64,000 nt of DNA from Azolla caroliniana (Eukaryota; Plantae; Polypodiophyta): assembly GCA_043228905.1 (NCBI GenBank), contig JBHGNT010000007.1, positions 19,530,001-19,594,000 of the forward strand, read 5' to 3'. The notes beneath the pieces were generated by a model, which saw only the letters and a list, made by a program, of their open reading frames with translations, was not told the origin of the DNA and searched no databases. Below are positions 22,501-38,100 of this stretch, one piece after another. The position numbers and the translations under genes are program-made. Each line of letters starts with the position of its first letter. Position 1 is the stretch's first letter.

Positions 22501-25500
22501 TACATGTTGGTAAATTCATGTTTTGTGCTTTCTTTCTCATTTCATGTGAAAGAATGATACAAAAAATTCTTTTCTTTTACTACTCAATTCCAATATGTTG
22601 TGCTCATAAATATCCATGTTTATGAGGTGTCCATATACTTGAAAAAAATCAAAAAACAAATAGAATGATGTGTAAATATGTGGTATTGTAAAGTTGAGCC
22701 TCCCACCAACTAGTGCTAGTCACTAGGAGCTCACAACACTTTGTAGAACTTGAATCGGTGGTCGAAATGAAAAGTTATGGCCTATAGAAGGTTTATGATA
22801 GAAGTACAGTTTACTGTGGTAACCAACGTTTTGATATCAAAATTGATGGGTTGACTATCTAGAGCTTGCAACAAGGAGCGTGTAAAATTTTTATGATACA
22901 TGAATCGGAGTCTAGAAGCCCAAGATACAACCTCTAGAAGGATCATTTTAAATTTTAAGTTTGTATGGGACAAATTAATAATAATGCCGAATGGGGGATT
23001 TCAAAATTCAAGAAAATGTAGGGTCACTTTTGTGATTTGTGAAAAGGTTGGATCAACCATTTAAAAGTCAAAACTATGTATGTACAATTGTCAAGCCGAA
23101 TTGGACCGAACCGACGTAAATATGAATAGGGAGATAAAATTTTGCATAGATGTCGAGGTTGTATTGTGACGATTAAGCTATGCTAACCACGGAGCCCAAG
23201 GATTTGATGTACAAGACACATTTAACCAACATGAGAAAGGAATAAAAAAAAAGCTCAATGCAAACATTAGAAATGGGAAAAGAATGTAGAAAGGAATGGA
23301 AAAGGTCAATGCAGTTTACCTGAAAGCCTTCCCAAATAGAGGATGTGAATTCAAGTTCCGTTAAAGCACCTTTTAACAAACGAAACTTGTAAGAGCCATT
23401 CAATAAATTTAATTTTCTTTTCCTGAAGATTTGGCATCCGTCTTGTCCCCTTTTTCACCATACCATTTGCAACTACACTCTTGTCATACCAATCATCCCC
23501 AAATCACAAAACCCCAACGGTTGTGATGCACGACCACAACCTTTACAACAAACGGTTGTTGGATGTGAAGAAGGAAGAAAATAACATAGAAGAATGGGGC
23601 GAGAAAGGTCTCAAACTCAAATGTTAACCATTTAAACATCCTAAAATGTAAAGTAAACCAAATGTTTACAAGATTTCCAAGCTCAGAACTATTCAAGAGA
23701 CCCAAGTTTTTAAGCCATGGTTTTGCGATCGTGAAGTGTGTATCACATGTGCATGAGCAAGCATTGGGCCTCTATGCGCAAGTGGAGATGGAGGCAAAGG
23801 ATATTTTGTAAGGATTATTTTTGCCAAGTTAAGTCTTGAACTCGTGAACTTCGTAATAGATTCAATCACTTCCAACAATATTTATATAATTGACCTATTA
23901 ACTTATGATTCAATACATCACATAAAAATGTTGAATTGGAAACAAAATGTGATTGTATTAATAGATATAAACTTACACCTTAGATTTCAACCGAGCTTTC
24001 AAGACTCTTTTAGCCACATAGCTCTTTTATTCTCCTCGTCACATAGATACAAGTTATCTTCTTGCCCTCTTTTTCTCCTCCCCCTTTTATATAAGATGAG
24101 AACACCTTTATATAGGGTCTCACAAGCATTAGGGACTATAAGCATGTTGCCACTTAATGCTCATGCTTTAGTTGACATACAATTACATTGATTAATCCTA
24201 AAATAGTAATCTTATTGATAGTTATATTCTTTCAAGGAGGAAGGGTGTTGAGTTCGAAACTTACTCTTTGTATTTATTTTACACTTTGAAGGTGTTTCCC
24301 CTCGTGTGCCATTGGCAACACAACAATGCTTCTGTGGAAACAAATATTTTGTGATAGCTTTTGCAAATTCTTTAACAAAGAGTTTTCGAAACAAAAATCT
24401 CCTACTTATAAACTAAGGAATTAGAAGAAATTTTGGATCTCAAATATTATAAGTTATAACTTGTTTTAGTAAGCTATAGCTCATAATTTTATAAAATTAT
24501 TTCATATTTGAGGAATATTTCAAACACAATTTAACCCTAAAATCTCATAAGCCATTTAAGCCACGATTTGAAGTTGTTTAAACCATAAACCATGTTGTAG
24601 TTGAACATTGAAATAATTTAAACCACAAACTATTAAGCCGATAAAGGCTCAAACCAGATCCTCAAATCCCGCAACCTAACGAAATCGTTTGCAAAATTCT
24701 AAACCTGAACCTAACCATTTATGGTTTAATTACATTGAAATCGAATCATTGTTGATAGCACACAATAAGAGAGTAAATAGGCTTAAAATACCCATGGGAG
24801 AGATCAAATCAAGAATGAGGAGTTGCCCTTTAAAGGGAAGAAACACTTTTAGAACAAAGGGTATATACATTTGAATGCCCTAGTTCCCCAAGAGCTTAGA
24901 TATACGATGCTATCTTGAGTACTAGAGAAGAAATTTAAAAATGTGATTTTGTTTCGAGGACAAAAAGAGAGAGTTCTATAGGTCATGTAGATGTCAATCA
25001 CTCACTCCATTGGCTAGGCCCCATCCTGTAGATGGAATAAGATTGTTGTGTGTACATTAGCATTATAAAAAATGGTATCCCAATGTCTACATAGTAATCT
25101 TAAATTAATTTAAAGAGCAATTATACAAAATCATTGTTGAAATTTCACACCAATATTTTCAAAAGAGCCTCTATTATTAAACAAAAGACTAAATATAGGT
25201 GGTCTTGAGTCTCCTTTGTGTAGTGCACAATCCATGCCAATTGGTTTATTTATAGAGTCATTTTGAAGATGCATAACGTGAAGATTTTCAAGTAAGATAA
25301 TGATCACATTCATATTGACAGAGACAATCCCGAAGTGGGTGAAATATCTATGTCGTAAGGACCATATGTAATGAACATTATATATTTATTGGAGTTTACC
25401 TAAAAAATAAAAAAACAATTAATCATTAATCATAGTTTCTTTCAATATCTCTCTCGTGTTGGTTTTTCTTTTCTCTTGTTGCCTTAGTGATATACACCAT

Positions 25501-26850
25501 AACATTAACGTCATAAAATTTAGAGAACCCATGTTTGATCCTTGCTACGGGCTTGGCCCTATCCCATTGATTGCAATTGGTCTCTCATTGACCTTCAAAT
25601 TTTAATTATCTAGGGAGTGGATTGGGCCTTCATGCTCCCTATACAATAGTTCACTGAATCTATTTTTAGCAATAATGATAAGTTATTGAGTTGGGTTACA
25701 CTTTGATGCTCAACAACCAATTATGTTGTATTATTAATGAATTGCCATGGTGCTCACATGGCATTGATCATTACTCACATGACATCTTTAGGAATAACCA
25801 TGGTGCTCAGTCACATGCAAGATATAGCCACGATGAATGTCTTGAGATTGGGATGTGCCAATCAACACGCAACCTTTGTGAGTCATTCTACACAACACAA
25901 ACTATAGCAAAGGGCCAACATATTGTCTATGTTAGACTCCTCACAATACAACCAGTAGCATGCTTGTCAAGCATATACTACCGCACATATAATTTTATTA
26001 TTATTATTTCATAAGAACTACACCTTAGTTTCCATTACCAATCCAATAAGCATATACAAAGCATACAGTCTAGTGGATAGCAATGGGCGCGGTTCGGTTT
26101 GGTTTCTTGACCTTGAAACCAAACCAAACCAATTATTCATAATAAAAACCAAACCAAACCATTTAAAAAATTTGAAGCCCTTTAAACCGAACCGTTTAGA
26201 GCTGAACCATTTAAACCAAACCATTTAAAATGTAAACCAAACTAGTTTTTCATACAAAAAACCAAACCAAACCAAACTGTTTTGACATAATCCAATGAAA
26301 ATGGATCTACAAATTGAACCAAACCAAATACTCTAGAATAACAAATATCATAAAATAAACAAAAATTCACACCACATTTTCTGAGAATTACTAATTTTTA
26401 GAAAATGATAAGATATGACATAAAAAGATAAATGTTTTTTGGAATGATAGTAAAATCCATATAGTAGAGTTCAAACTTTAAATCCAAATATGTAACTAAA
26501 AAATAACAATCCATATAATAGAGTTTATACTTCAAATGAAGCATTTTCCAAATCCATATATGTAAATGAGTGTTCATCTTCTCATTTCCAATCTTTTCTT
26601 TAAGTTTGAATTAGGGATTCCTGAAAGTATAAAATATATAAAAGAATTAAGTAATTAATAATAATAAATTTATAAAAAATCGAATGAAAAACAAAATAGT
26701 AAAAAGTATGTAGTAAAAATTACATTGACTTTGAGGATCTCCAATTGCAACCACCATAGTCATTAACTTGTGAAGAATCAGCATGATTCCTGTATATATA
26801 AAATACATAAAACATGTAAGTAATTAGTAATCAAAATAACAAGTAATGTC

Positions 26851-29000
26851 TCAAATAAAAAACAACCAAGTAAAAAGTATGCACACCTTAATTTTCCTTT
26901 GATTATCATGTAAGATGTAATCTATTACCTCATCTTCACTAACAAGATCATCCAAATTCATTATTAGTTCTTCATAAATAGTGTAAAAATTATCGGGAAA
27001 TTGAACATTAGATTCTTTTAAAACATCCATCCATGATCGAATACACATTTCAACTTTGAATGTGCATGAATGAAGTTTGATACTGTTATCAAAGGTCATT
27101 TTTGCTGTTGAATTAGCCTCTTCAGCAGGTACTGTTGATGCCGGTACAACGAGGTAATCACATGCCATCCTATATAGTTGTGGCATTGTAGATTTATTAT
27201 CATTCCACCATTGTAATGGATCCTTGTCTGTGCCAGTTGAAGGAAGTCTTATAAAGTGCTCAATTTCTAATTGTGAATCAGAAACAAGACTTTTATTATT
27301 TACACCCATTAATCTCCAAATTTTAGAGTTATTATCATTTGGAGGAATTATGGTCGAAGCCAACGATGGTTCAACATCACTCAAGAACGAGTGGTAATGG
27401 GATGTAATCATGCTTTCAACGAACTTAATATCTAACTCTCTTTTTGTATGATCATTTGGAAGAGGCAATCTATGTAACGAATCAAAAGAATTAAAACCCA
27501 AATAAAAAATCAGCAAGCATGATGACAATTGTAAGACATAAAGGTAAGCATTACCTAGGATCAAGAAACATTGCTATGCGAGATGGAATAGACTTCAACG
27601 ATTCTTGATACTTAATTAAATATTGTAAGCAATTCTCAGACGCACTTTGAAGCACCTCTTGTGTGAATCTAGATGATGCTGGAAGTGAAGAATCCAAAAA
27701 TTGATTACAATGATTTAGTAAACAATTATACACTAGAGATGCTAGCGATAATGTGGGATATCTTGACCCTCCTAGAAAAGTAGAAACCTCTGCATGTGTA
27801 TCTAGCCATTCCTCCATGGCATGTATGTGGCTCCAATCTTCTCCGGTCAAGACATAACCATTGAAATTACTTGATATTGTTAAATCTAAAACTGTTAAAG
27901 TCAATACATCTCTATCCTTGATAGCTTGCCTAAACATTTCTAAGGTAGAATTCCATCTTGTAACAACATCAAGCCTTGGGGGTTCTCTTTCACGATGTTC
28001 AACTAGCCTAGCATACTTCCTAAATACTTCCCTTTGAACCTTACTAGATCTTATAGTCAAGAGAACTATTCTCAATTTTTTTGTTGAGGGTGAGATAACC
28101 TCTAAAGTTGACTTGATGCCCAACTGAAAAGTATGTACCATACACCGTAACATATGTGACGGAGCCAAAATTTCATTACCATGCTCATTTTGTAACAATA
28201 TGCTCAACTCCTTTGCAGCCGCTTGTGCATCACTAGCTCCATCAAAAATTGTAGCTAATAATCGACTAGAAATATTAAAGGATCGAAGTCGACAAAAGAG
28301 GGCATGTGCACAACGTTTCCCTGATCCTACACTTGGAAATACATGCACAAAATCTAATAACATTGATCTCAACCTTGTTGTCTCAGGACATGCCCAATGA
28401 AGTGTCACTGAGTAAAAGCCCTTTAGACTACTATTTGACCAGCCATCAAAAGTTATGGAAAATCTTGATTCGCATTTAGATAGCAAATCTATCACCTGAT
28501 GGCGCAACACCACATACATTTCTAAGATGGAACGTTTAATCATGCGCCTTGTCTTCACTTGATATCCAGGCACAATTTGATGTATGAACTCCTTAAATTC
28601 AAGTGACTCCACATGTGCATGGGGCAATATTCCCATCACAATATACTTTGTGATGGCAGCATCAATTTTATTCTCTAAAACACGAGATACTTTAGCAGAC
28701 TCGATAGAAGATTGAATTTGCCGTGTTATACTTGAATTTTGGTTTGAATCACCGGATAGATGATGTTTTTTTGCCAAATGCTTTGCTATAGTACCCGTGG
28801 ATGTTGTAGAAGACCAACAAACAGCACAATGATGGCATCATCGTCGAGGTGTGCCATTATCCATATATGATATGATGTGAGCATCTGTCGATGATGTTCG
28901 TTGCCTTTTTCTTGAGATGCTTGTAGTCGTTGGCCCATGGCTAACATTAACTGAAGATGACTCCATTGTTGCATTAGTTTGAGATGATGATTCCATTCAA
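26851..29000 (-). pseudogene. hAT transposase (BED finger, DDE core, C-terminal dimerisation domain), spliced and probably disrupted
   Basis: SITFDGWS, LRCMVHTFQL, DVVTRWNST, AMFLDPR|intron, DPLQWW...ACDYLVVPASTVPAEEA. BED-like region ~28760-28860 is frameshifted. Confidence 0.9.
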
Positions 29001-30982
29001 TGTTGTTCCTATAAAACTCAATCAGCACATATCAATCACTCAAATAACACATATAGTTCCTTCTTTGCTATAAAACGTTATATAGAATTGAATTAGATTA
29101 CTAAAAACTCACCCACAAATTTTTTTGGTTTAATCAGCACATGAAGGTCATCAAGAATTAAAAGATTGAGCCTACTTACTAAGCATGTGGTAAAATGTTC
29201 CTAAATATTGTTTGTTGGAAACAATGGCCCCGCTAATTCCAAAATTGATAAGGCCTAATTTTTATGTTCATAATAAGCAATGAGAGATATGTAGTCCTTT
29301 TATATGATGTATGGAAGACAAAATCTTCAAATTGGAGTTTAACATATTAAGTCTTCTTAGTATTGATTCACTCAATATCAATGTTGTGATACTTTTTGAG
29401 GATAATGATTATTTTACATGACCTCAAGCTAAATGACGTTAGATTCAAATCAACCACTTGTAACGAAAAATCACATTCTCATTTATAAAACATATAGCAT
29501 CTTACAAATAGATAATGTGTAGAACATGGTAATCCATTGAAGATGATAGGTTACTTTTACATGCATGGGACATACACAAAAGTTCGTGGTGATGAGGTGC
29601 AAAGTATTTCTCCACTAAGTAAAGGAGAAATTTTTGTCAACATTGAAGAACATGAGTTTTGAGGATTGAACAAACCTAAAGTTGATAGAAGCAAATTAAA
29701 TTATCAAATGTGAACCACTGACATAATCCTTAATTTATTCATTATTTTGAATAGGTTAAAACTTGCAAATGCCCCGACTTTTTCAAAACTGCTTTACTTG
29801 ACATTGGTTGACCCCAATTTCAAACAATTACGCACTTCAACAATCAGGTGCTTAATCCATAGATTTAGACATTTGGATAAATAACAAAAATTAAAGGCTA
29901 TTTAAGAAAGTAAAGAGAAACATGGATGCACTTCAAAGATTCCTTCCCACATGTTTTATAAGCTGATTTACCAATATTTAGTGAGCTTCACCCGTGAAAA
30001 TTTCTCATCCAATTTCTGGTTAAATTTGTTATCAAATTCTCACAAAATGCATTTATAGAGCTCATTACTATCATTATTATATATCTCAAGAATCATTACC
30101 CCATTGAAATGGAGCTCCTATTAGGAAAAATTAAAAAACACAAAAAGACAAAAATGAAATAACCTCTACCACATTAAAATCCGCAACGAATGAAATAACA
30201 ATAACGATTAAAATATCAATATTCATGTTACAATAAGACCAGAATATTTTACACAAATGTTTTCCAGGTTCAGTCTTCTTGGGTGTGAACTTACAACCCA
30301 AGGGAAGACTCCGTACAGACCCAAGAAAAACGTCATAGCATCAATCAGTTTGGTATTTCAATGGTAATTAAATTTTTTGTGTACTATATATATATATAGC
30401 ATATTATCATGAGACTATGTATCAATGGTGAGAAAATGCACTCCCTTACTATCACCCTACTGTATTTTCAATTATAACTAATTATCAATCAACTTTTCTT
30501 TCTAGGAATTTGGCTAACTTAAGGGAGTAAAGGACAACATCCTATTGTGTAAAGAATTTTGGAGCACGAGAAATAATGTATCCTACTATCCTCTTCTTGA
30601 TGCCCTCATCATCATTACACACATCAAAATTGAGATGAACGCTTATACAATACGAATCCAAGATCCTCCATAAATTGGACATCCGTAACCAACTACAAAT
30701 TTTCCTGTCTTGGACCTACTTTCACAATGGAACTTCTTCATGAAGCTTCAAGTGCTTAGAAAACTAAATCAGCATTGATACTCTTTTGTTTGGAATGCTT
30801 TTTTCACTAGAAATATGACCTGGCTCTGGGATGCCAAGATGTTTGTTTGACACCATTTGACCTATTTGTTAATGGAGGAATGTCTAATGCTGATTTCTGA
30901 TATAGCTTATATACGTTTTATTTGATTAATATCTAAAGCCTACAGTAGAAGTGGTTGAGGTAGAAGAGTGGAGTAGAGTATG

Positions 30983-31568
30983 TGTTGAGAAATTGTCGTG
31001 AAATAAATCACAATAGACAAATAATGTGTTGAAATAAGAATCACACAGAAAATGCCAGAAATAACAAAGACAAGATAAACGACAGATGTACACAGAGATT
31101 TATGTGGAAACCCTAAAACGGGGAAAACCACGGAAACAGATTCTTCACTATACAAGTAGTGGATATACAATATCGAAAGGAATACAACACTCACTCACGA
31201 GTGCATTAGCCACACAGGGCTCTTCGCGCCTGCTGTTACACACATAGCTATGGCACGACTCTTCCTTCTCTCTCACTCACTGTCTCACTCACACAGTCGT
31301 TCTACTTCTGCTCCTACATCTACACCAACATGTTTGCCCTAGTTGCATATATACTTACGCAACTTTCGGGTTATTTACATACGTAGGCCTCATGGGGTGC
31401 ACACTAAGACTATTTACAAATATAGTCTCCCGAGTTGGCTATTTACATGATTCCGGTTTCGGCCTCGGCCAAGTTCCTCATAAACTCGGCTCTTGTTTTC
31501 CGACTCTTCGACTGTCGGCTTTCCGAACAATCGGATCATCCTCCCACTGGAGGGACATATTCCCAACA
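30983..31568 (-). mobile_element. Copia-type solo LTR inside hAT A
   Basis: TGTTG...CAACA with perfect 5-bp TSD GTATG. TTTAGGGTTTCCAC motif on the minus strand. Confidence 0.9.
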
Positions 31569-34234
31569 GTATGGAGGTAGGATACCTGAGGAAGATAGAA
31601 TGATAGGAAGAGGGATGAAGTGGTTGTAGCCTGTTAGCCTGTTGCCGCCTGCATTTCCTTTTCGAACTTCTTGCACAGAGGAGTCGGTGAGTCGTGACAG
31701 AGGCCTGAGGGATGAGGTTTAGTTTTTAAAATGAAAAGTTGAAAAATGAGCACTAAAAAGTGGGAACTTAGAAACTGGTGTGAAAAATTAGGGCCCAAGG
31801 GCTAGGGGTATGTATGAAGCTATAAACCTATAAACCGAACCACATATATAAGAAACTGATAAACCACATAAACCGATAAACTGTCAAGTTTAAAACCAAA
31901 CCAAACCGACCTAACACTTTATAAACCAAACCAAACTGTCTATTTATATTTGAACCGATAAACCGTTAAACCATGGTTTAATGGTTCGGTTCGGTTTGAG
32001 CCGAAACCGTGCCCATTGCTACTAGTGGAGGTGAAGATAGCCGAGAAAAAAGGTTATGTCTTGCACTATGTCATAACGTAAAACAAACTCCACCTATGGA
32101 GGAAACAACCATCGAGGGGGTAGATATTACCAAACCATTTTCTCATTCTCTCCACAAAGATGAACAAATCCTTCCATTTGCCTTTATAGATGTAATTTCC
32201 ATCCCAACGCACTATTATATTGTTCCTAAGAATCATCATTGTAACATTAGAAATGACTAACACACAACCCTCTCTCATAAAAGAGTGGACACAATTAAAG
32301 ACCCATATACTATGTTAAATGCCTAATTCCACATGCATATACGGACTTTGCACTACCTACCGCGGTCAACATCACACTCATATACCTAGGTGACAAACTT
32401 CTAAGATACATCAAAGTTGTTTTTTACAACCCCTAAATGCTCCCATGCTACCCATGATGATAAACGTCTTGACCTGAAGCAATTTTATGCACTACGCAAG
32501 AAACAAGATGTGTTGATTCATCCGCTTTTCTTTTTGTATCATTGAGAACCTCAAGCTACAACTGAGAGTGCTTCCTTAAGAACATATGAATGTGTGTGTG
32601 TGTGTGTATGTATGGGTGTATGTGTATGTATGTGTGTTGTAAGTTTTAGGGTTAGGGTAAATGATAATGATGATGATTGATGATGAAGATAGACATGGTG
32701 TAATAGTGAAAATGATGGAGAGTATAATGGTGAGAGAGATCATGAAGAACAAGACAAGCATTGAGGGGTGGGGGGTGGTGCCTAAAATGGCTCCACCCCC
32801 CTCCCAAGGGGGTTCAACGTTAAGGGGAGGGAAGAGAGAGAAGGAGAGAGAGATTGAGAGAGAAATGGTTATTGTATTCATTCATTCCCCATAAGGGGTT
32901 AAATAGGTACAAAAGGGTAGATACACAAGGGTGCAAGCTCCTTGGGCATTCACACTAACAATCGGCAACGGTTCGGTTCGAACCGAACCGAACCGAGAAA
33001 CTGCGGTTTAACCGGTTTAAATGGTTCGGTTCGGGTTTGGATATTCACAAATGGTTCGGTTCGGTTCGGGGGGGACACCAGTTCAGTTCGGTTCGGTTTG
33101 AGTCCTCATTGGCTTAACGGTTTCAGTTTAAATGGTTTAAAACTATGGTTTAAACGGTTTAACGGTTTGGTGAGATACTTTTATAAATTTTCTCTCAACA
33201 CATTTTTTGAAGGTCAGTTATGTCAATTTAGGAAAAAGTGATCAAATTTAATCTGGCTTTTCAAAAACCTAGTTTGTATACCTATTTTACTTTTATTTCT
33301 TTATCAAACAGTAACTACTAACGAGTCTCAATTCTAATTTCTCTTCTCCTTCTTTTTCTGCAGACTACATCGGTTCTGCTCCCTCTCCTTCATCTTCCTC
33401 TCCTTCTTTTGCAGTGGTCAAGCTAGTTTGTGAGTGCTCAAACTAATAATGTATTTTTCCTAAACACAGTTCATGTGGAATGCATCATATAAGGCATAAA
33501 TTTCCAAAGTACATGCCAAATAGGCGTAAGGGTATCATATTATAAGGAGTTCAATGTCAAGCTATTATGTAATTATGTATTATGGTAAGGATCATGGATG
33601 CCATTGATTTACTAGAGCTACGTTGCTAACCTTAACTTTATAGATTTAGAAATTTAGATCTACATAATTAAATTAAAGGACACTTGATGGGAAAAATGTT
33701 ATTAGTCCATCAAGTTACAAAAAATAGATGCATAATTTTTGGAAATACTTTTTCAATTAATGAGGATAAGGCAATAATTTTAATAGAAAGTGTTGTAAGT
33801 AAAGAAAACCTTTATACATGTACAAGTCTTTAGTGGGGCATTGCCAACTAGCAACAATGCTAAAATGCATTACCTATTGCAGTATATGTTGTACAAAAAC
33901 AAAATGCCGTATATATGCCGAGTACCATAAGATGGCATTTGGGTGAAAGCATGCAAGTGGAAACAATTAGCTATGCAAAAAGCTACCATTGATAAATAGT
34001 CATTTTAGTAAAAAGCTATCATTAATAAATTAACTATGCAAAAAACTACCATTGAAAATACTAGTGTTTTAATTACATATGTAAATGAGTGCCATAAATG
34101 TGTACCATAAATTATATATCAAATTCCTAGGTCCATTATGCATGATCCTTTGCCACATCACGTAGGCCATCTCTAGTTGAGTATTGTGGGTTAGTTGCTA
34201 CCATTGTTGCTAAACCCTATCGAGTCCACCTGCC

Positions 34235-34843
34235 GCCACTCTACACTTATGGGCCGCTATTGTGTGTTCCAAGCATCATCAAAGAGTTTTTCAATCTGAC
34301 GGGGTTCTCTTCTCTGTGCCACTCTACACTCAGGGGTCGCTACTGTGCGTTCCAAGCATCATCAAAGAGTTGTTCAATCTGACAGGGTTCTCTTCTCTGT
34401 GCCACTCTACACTCAGGGGCCGCTACTGTGCGTTCCAAGCATCATCAAAGAGTTGTTCAATCTGACGGGGTTCTCTTCTCTGTGCCACTCTACACTCAGG
34501 GGCCGCTACTGTGCGTTCCAAGCATCATCAAAGAGCTGTTCAATCTGATGGGGTTCTCTTCTCTGTGCCACTCTACACTCAGGGGCCGCTACTGTGCGTT
34601 CCAAGCATCATCAAAGAGTTGTTCAATCTGACGAGGTTCTCTTCTCTGTGCCACTCTACACTCAGGGGCCGCTACTGTGCGTTCCAAGCATCATCAAAGA
34701 GCTGTTCAATTTGACGGGGTTCTCTTCTCTATGCCACTCTACACTCAAGGGCCGCTACTGTGCGTTCCAAGCATCATCAAAGAGCTGTTCAATCTGATGG
34801 GGTTCTCTTTCTGTGCCACTCTACACTCAGGGGCCGCTACTGT
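34235..34843 (+). repeat. 83-bp tandem array, 7 full copies plus a partial
   Basis: Unit GCCACTCTACACTCAGGGGCCGCTACTGTGCGTTCCAAGCATCATCAAAGAGTTGTTCAATCTGACGGGGTTCTCTTCTCTGT starting at 34235, 34318, 34401, 34484 and onward. Confidence 0.95.
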
Positions 34844-35114
34844 CCAGTCCTAGATTTCTTCCACATTTCGATTTGACGGAGTTCACTCATCCAACGACAA
34901 CATTCTACACTTAGTTGTCGCCATTGGTAGGTCCTGGATCGCCTCCTCAACTGTTCGATCCAACGGAGTGAACTCCTCTACTATTCGGTCTTGGATTGCA
35001 ATAACTTTTCTGTCTATTGATTATCTTGTGTATTGTGGAATATTTTTGTGTATTGTTGTTGCCCATAGCCATCTTAAATACTTGTTTTTTTTTCTGGAAA
35101 TTTAGGGTTTTAAT

Positions 35115-38100
35115 ATGTCCAGCCAAATGGAAGGGGAAGAAGGGTGTTTAGAATTACCCATCAATGATCATAAGGATAGGGATCATGCTATCAGGACACA
35201 ACAAGCCATATGAAACTATTGGGCAGAAAAAAAAGGAAACATCGTCAATTGTTGAAGGATACGAAAGCCACACTCAGTAAAGGTAAGGATAGTTTAGCTG
35301 AGAATGTAAGTAATGCGACTACCATCATAGAGAGAAATGTTGTAGACTATTTCAATGTTCAAACCAAGCACATCAGCAATGAAGAAAAGAAGGTAGTACT
35401 TTATGGAATATGTAATGATCCATCGATAAGGGACTTAGTTGATTGTGATGGTCTTAATGCAAACATATCATCTGTTTTAGTAAATAATCTTCGTAATAGT
35501 TTCGTATCCATGAGTAGGTCAGAAGATGATCTTGTCTTAAAAAGGTCTAGTCTAATGATGTTACTTAATAGTGATGTTGACGATATAAACATCAGTGAGC
35601 TATCTAAGGTAATTGGTGTTAGTAGAAAAACAGTGTACAATACAATGAACCGTATAATTTCCTCGGGTGAAGGAACTAGTCTACTAAAGCTAACTACAAA
35701 ATGTAAGCCAATGACACCCATAACATTTGAAATCAAGGATGTAATCACAATGTTTTAGACTAATGAGAGTAGGGTTTCACCCAATAAAAAGGATTTATGC
35801 AAGAAACGTGTTGGAAGAAATCAATACGAGGAGCATCCCATTCATCTTCTTGATGTACCTCAAGTATTTACATTTATCTCAACATTTGTTTTGACTCTAC
35901 ACGGAAAGTTAATTAGCTCAGTTAGCAGAAAAGCTAATTAGCTTATTAGTTACATTTACCTCTGTTAGCTACTAGGATAGCTACTACATAGGTAACTGGC
36001 TACTCTCAATAGCTACTACCATGATAGCGAATTAGCTATTCTCAATAGCTAATTTAGTTACTACCAGATAATTAGCTACCAAAATAGCTAACTAGCTACC
36101 AAGACAACTAATTAGCTACTAGGATAGCTAATTTCATTATTACCAGCTAATTAGCTACTAGGACAGCTAATTAGCCACCATGATAGCTAATTAGCTACTA
36201 GGACAGCTAATTAGCCACCATGATAGCTAATTAGCTACCATGATAGCTAATTAGTTACTAGGAAAGCTAATTAGCTACCATGATAGCTAATTAGTTACTA
36301 GGAAAGCTAATTAGCTACCATGATAGCTAATTAGCTACCATGATAGCCAATTAGCTACCATGATAGCCAATTAGCTACTAGGACAGCTAATTAGCCACCA
36401 TGATAGCTAATTCGCTACTAGACCAACTAATTAGCTACCATGATAGCTAATTAGCTAGTAGGATAGCTAATTAGCTACCATGACAGCTAATTAGCTACTA
36501 GAATAGCTAATTAGCTACCATGATAGCTAATTAGCTACTAGGACAGCTAATTAGTTACCATGATAGCTAATTAGCTACTAAGATAGCTAATTAGCTACCA
36601 TGACAGCTAATTAGCTACTAGAATAGCTAATTCGCTACCATGATAGCTAATTAGCTACTAGAATAGCTAATAAGCTACTAGAACAGCTAATTAGCTACTA
36701 GAATAGCTAATTAGCTACTAGGATAGTTAGCTAGTTATGAGAATAACTAATTCCCCTTTATTACGCAGGTTGATTTATTTATTAGGTTCAAACGAATGCA
36801 TCCAAATATCAAAGTTCAACTACGAACATTCGAGTCTCTTAAGCCACACTTTGTGAGACGCTTAAAGGATCGATACACATGTTGTTGCATTTACCATGTA
36901 CAGATGGGTTTTCTGAAGGACTCTGTTAATCTACTACGTCACCATAACGCATCCCTAACTAATACAGTTTGCACATGTGGGTGCCCAATTTGTCGATCAA
37001 GCCCGCAAGAGGAGTGTAAATCATCTGAGCACGTTATCTCTTCCATGAGTTATTTAATAGATTCAATATTGTGTCCGAGAGAAACTGACGCTATCTTCCA
37101 TATTCATAAATGTATCATGGGTTTATGTCAAGATTGTGGCCCTACTAGATTTAGGTGGTGTCCAAATGAATTGAGTAGTGAAATATTGATCTCTATGAAG
37201 TTATTTGAGTCAGTGAACACCAATTTCGAAGGAAAGGTGTGTAAAAGAAAGGATCTAGTTCGGAAGATGCTTAAACCAAGGGATTTGGTGTCTCTGTTTG
37301 TAGTATCTCTAGGAAAGTTCATTAAACACAACTTCATTTATTCATGGCAGGCCCATCAGTTTAAGACTTGCATATCTGATTTCCCAAATGATGTAGTAGT
37401 CTCAGTAGTAGATTTCGCAGAGAATTATACTTTCAAGCAGCAGAATGAAATTCAATCTATGCATTGGTGTTCAGTTCAGGTAACCATTTTTGTGCACATA
37501 ACATATTTTCGAGTTTCAGGTGATGTTAAAAAAGTAATTCATTTCTTTATTTCTAATGATAAGAAGCATGATACCTTGTTCGTCCAACACTGTTTTAAGT
37601 TACATTGGCAGTGGTTATTAGCTCAACGTTTGGAGCTTACTCAACATTAGGTCTGGTCTGACGGAGCTGCGTCACAATTCAAGGCTCGACGTCCATTTTA
37701 TTTTGTGGGGAGGTATCTTGCTATAACAGGTTTGGAGATGAGATGGAAATTTTTTGGGTCTAGCCATGGTAAAGGTGAACATGATGGTGCAGGGGCTATT
37801 ATAAAGCGGGCACTTACCCATGAACAACTAAAGACAGATGGTGTGCACATGAATTGTGCATCACATGTAGTTGAATTTTTAAGAACAAATATGTCAACGA
37901 GTGCAACAAGTGTTTATTCCTCGCAAGTCCGAGATATCAAACGTGAATTTTGGGAAGTGAAGATAGATGAAGTAAATAGGGAGAAGACTTGGGAGTGCCA
38001 AGGAATTCCCGAATTGCGATCTCTGCATGCTGTTCGCGGTTATTCCAGGTTGGATGGTCATTGTATTGCGGTTAGAGAATTGACTTGTTTTTGCTTCCAT

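Larger units (their letters stand above)
26078..32021 (-). mobile_element. Full-length hAT DNA transposon A
   Basis: TIR TAGCAATGGGC...GCCCATTGCTA, perfect 8-bp TSD CTAGTGGA, AAACCA/AAACCG subterminal repeats, internal transposase. Confidence 0.95.

Noticed and set aside
23430-24740. Old hAT/MITE suggested by GGTTT/AAACC motifs
   Set aside because: No convincing TIR pair or TSD found.
29100-30950. Possible captured gene fragments inside hAT A
   Set aside because: Short stop-interrupted frames with no motif I can identify; needs blastx.
34235-34843. CRISPR-like array or repeated 67-aa ORFs
   Set aside because: Units are contiguous with no unique spacers, there are no cas genes, and the context is eukaryotic. 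The ORFs are artefacts of an 83-bp (non-triplet) period.
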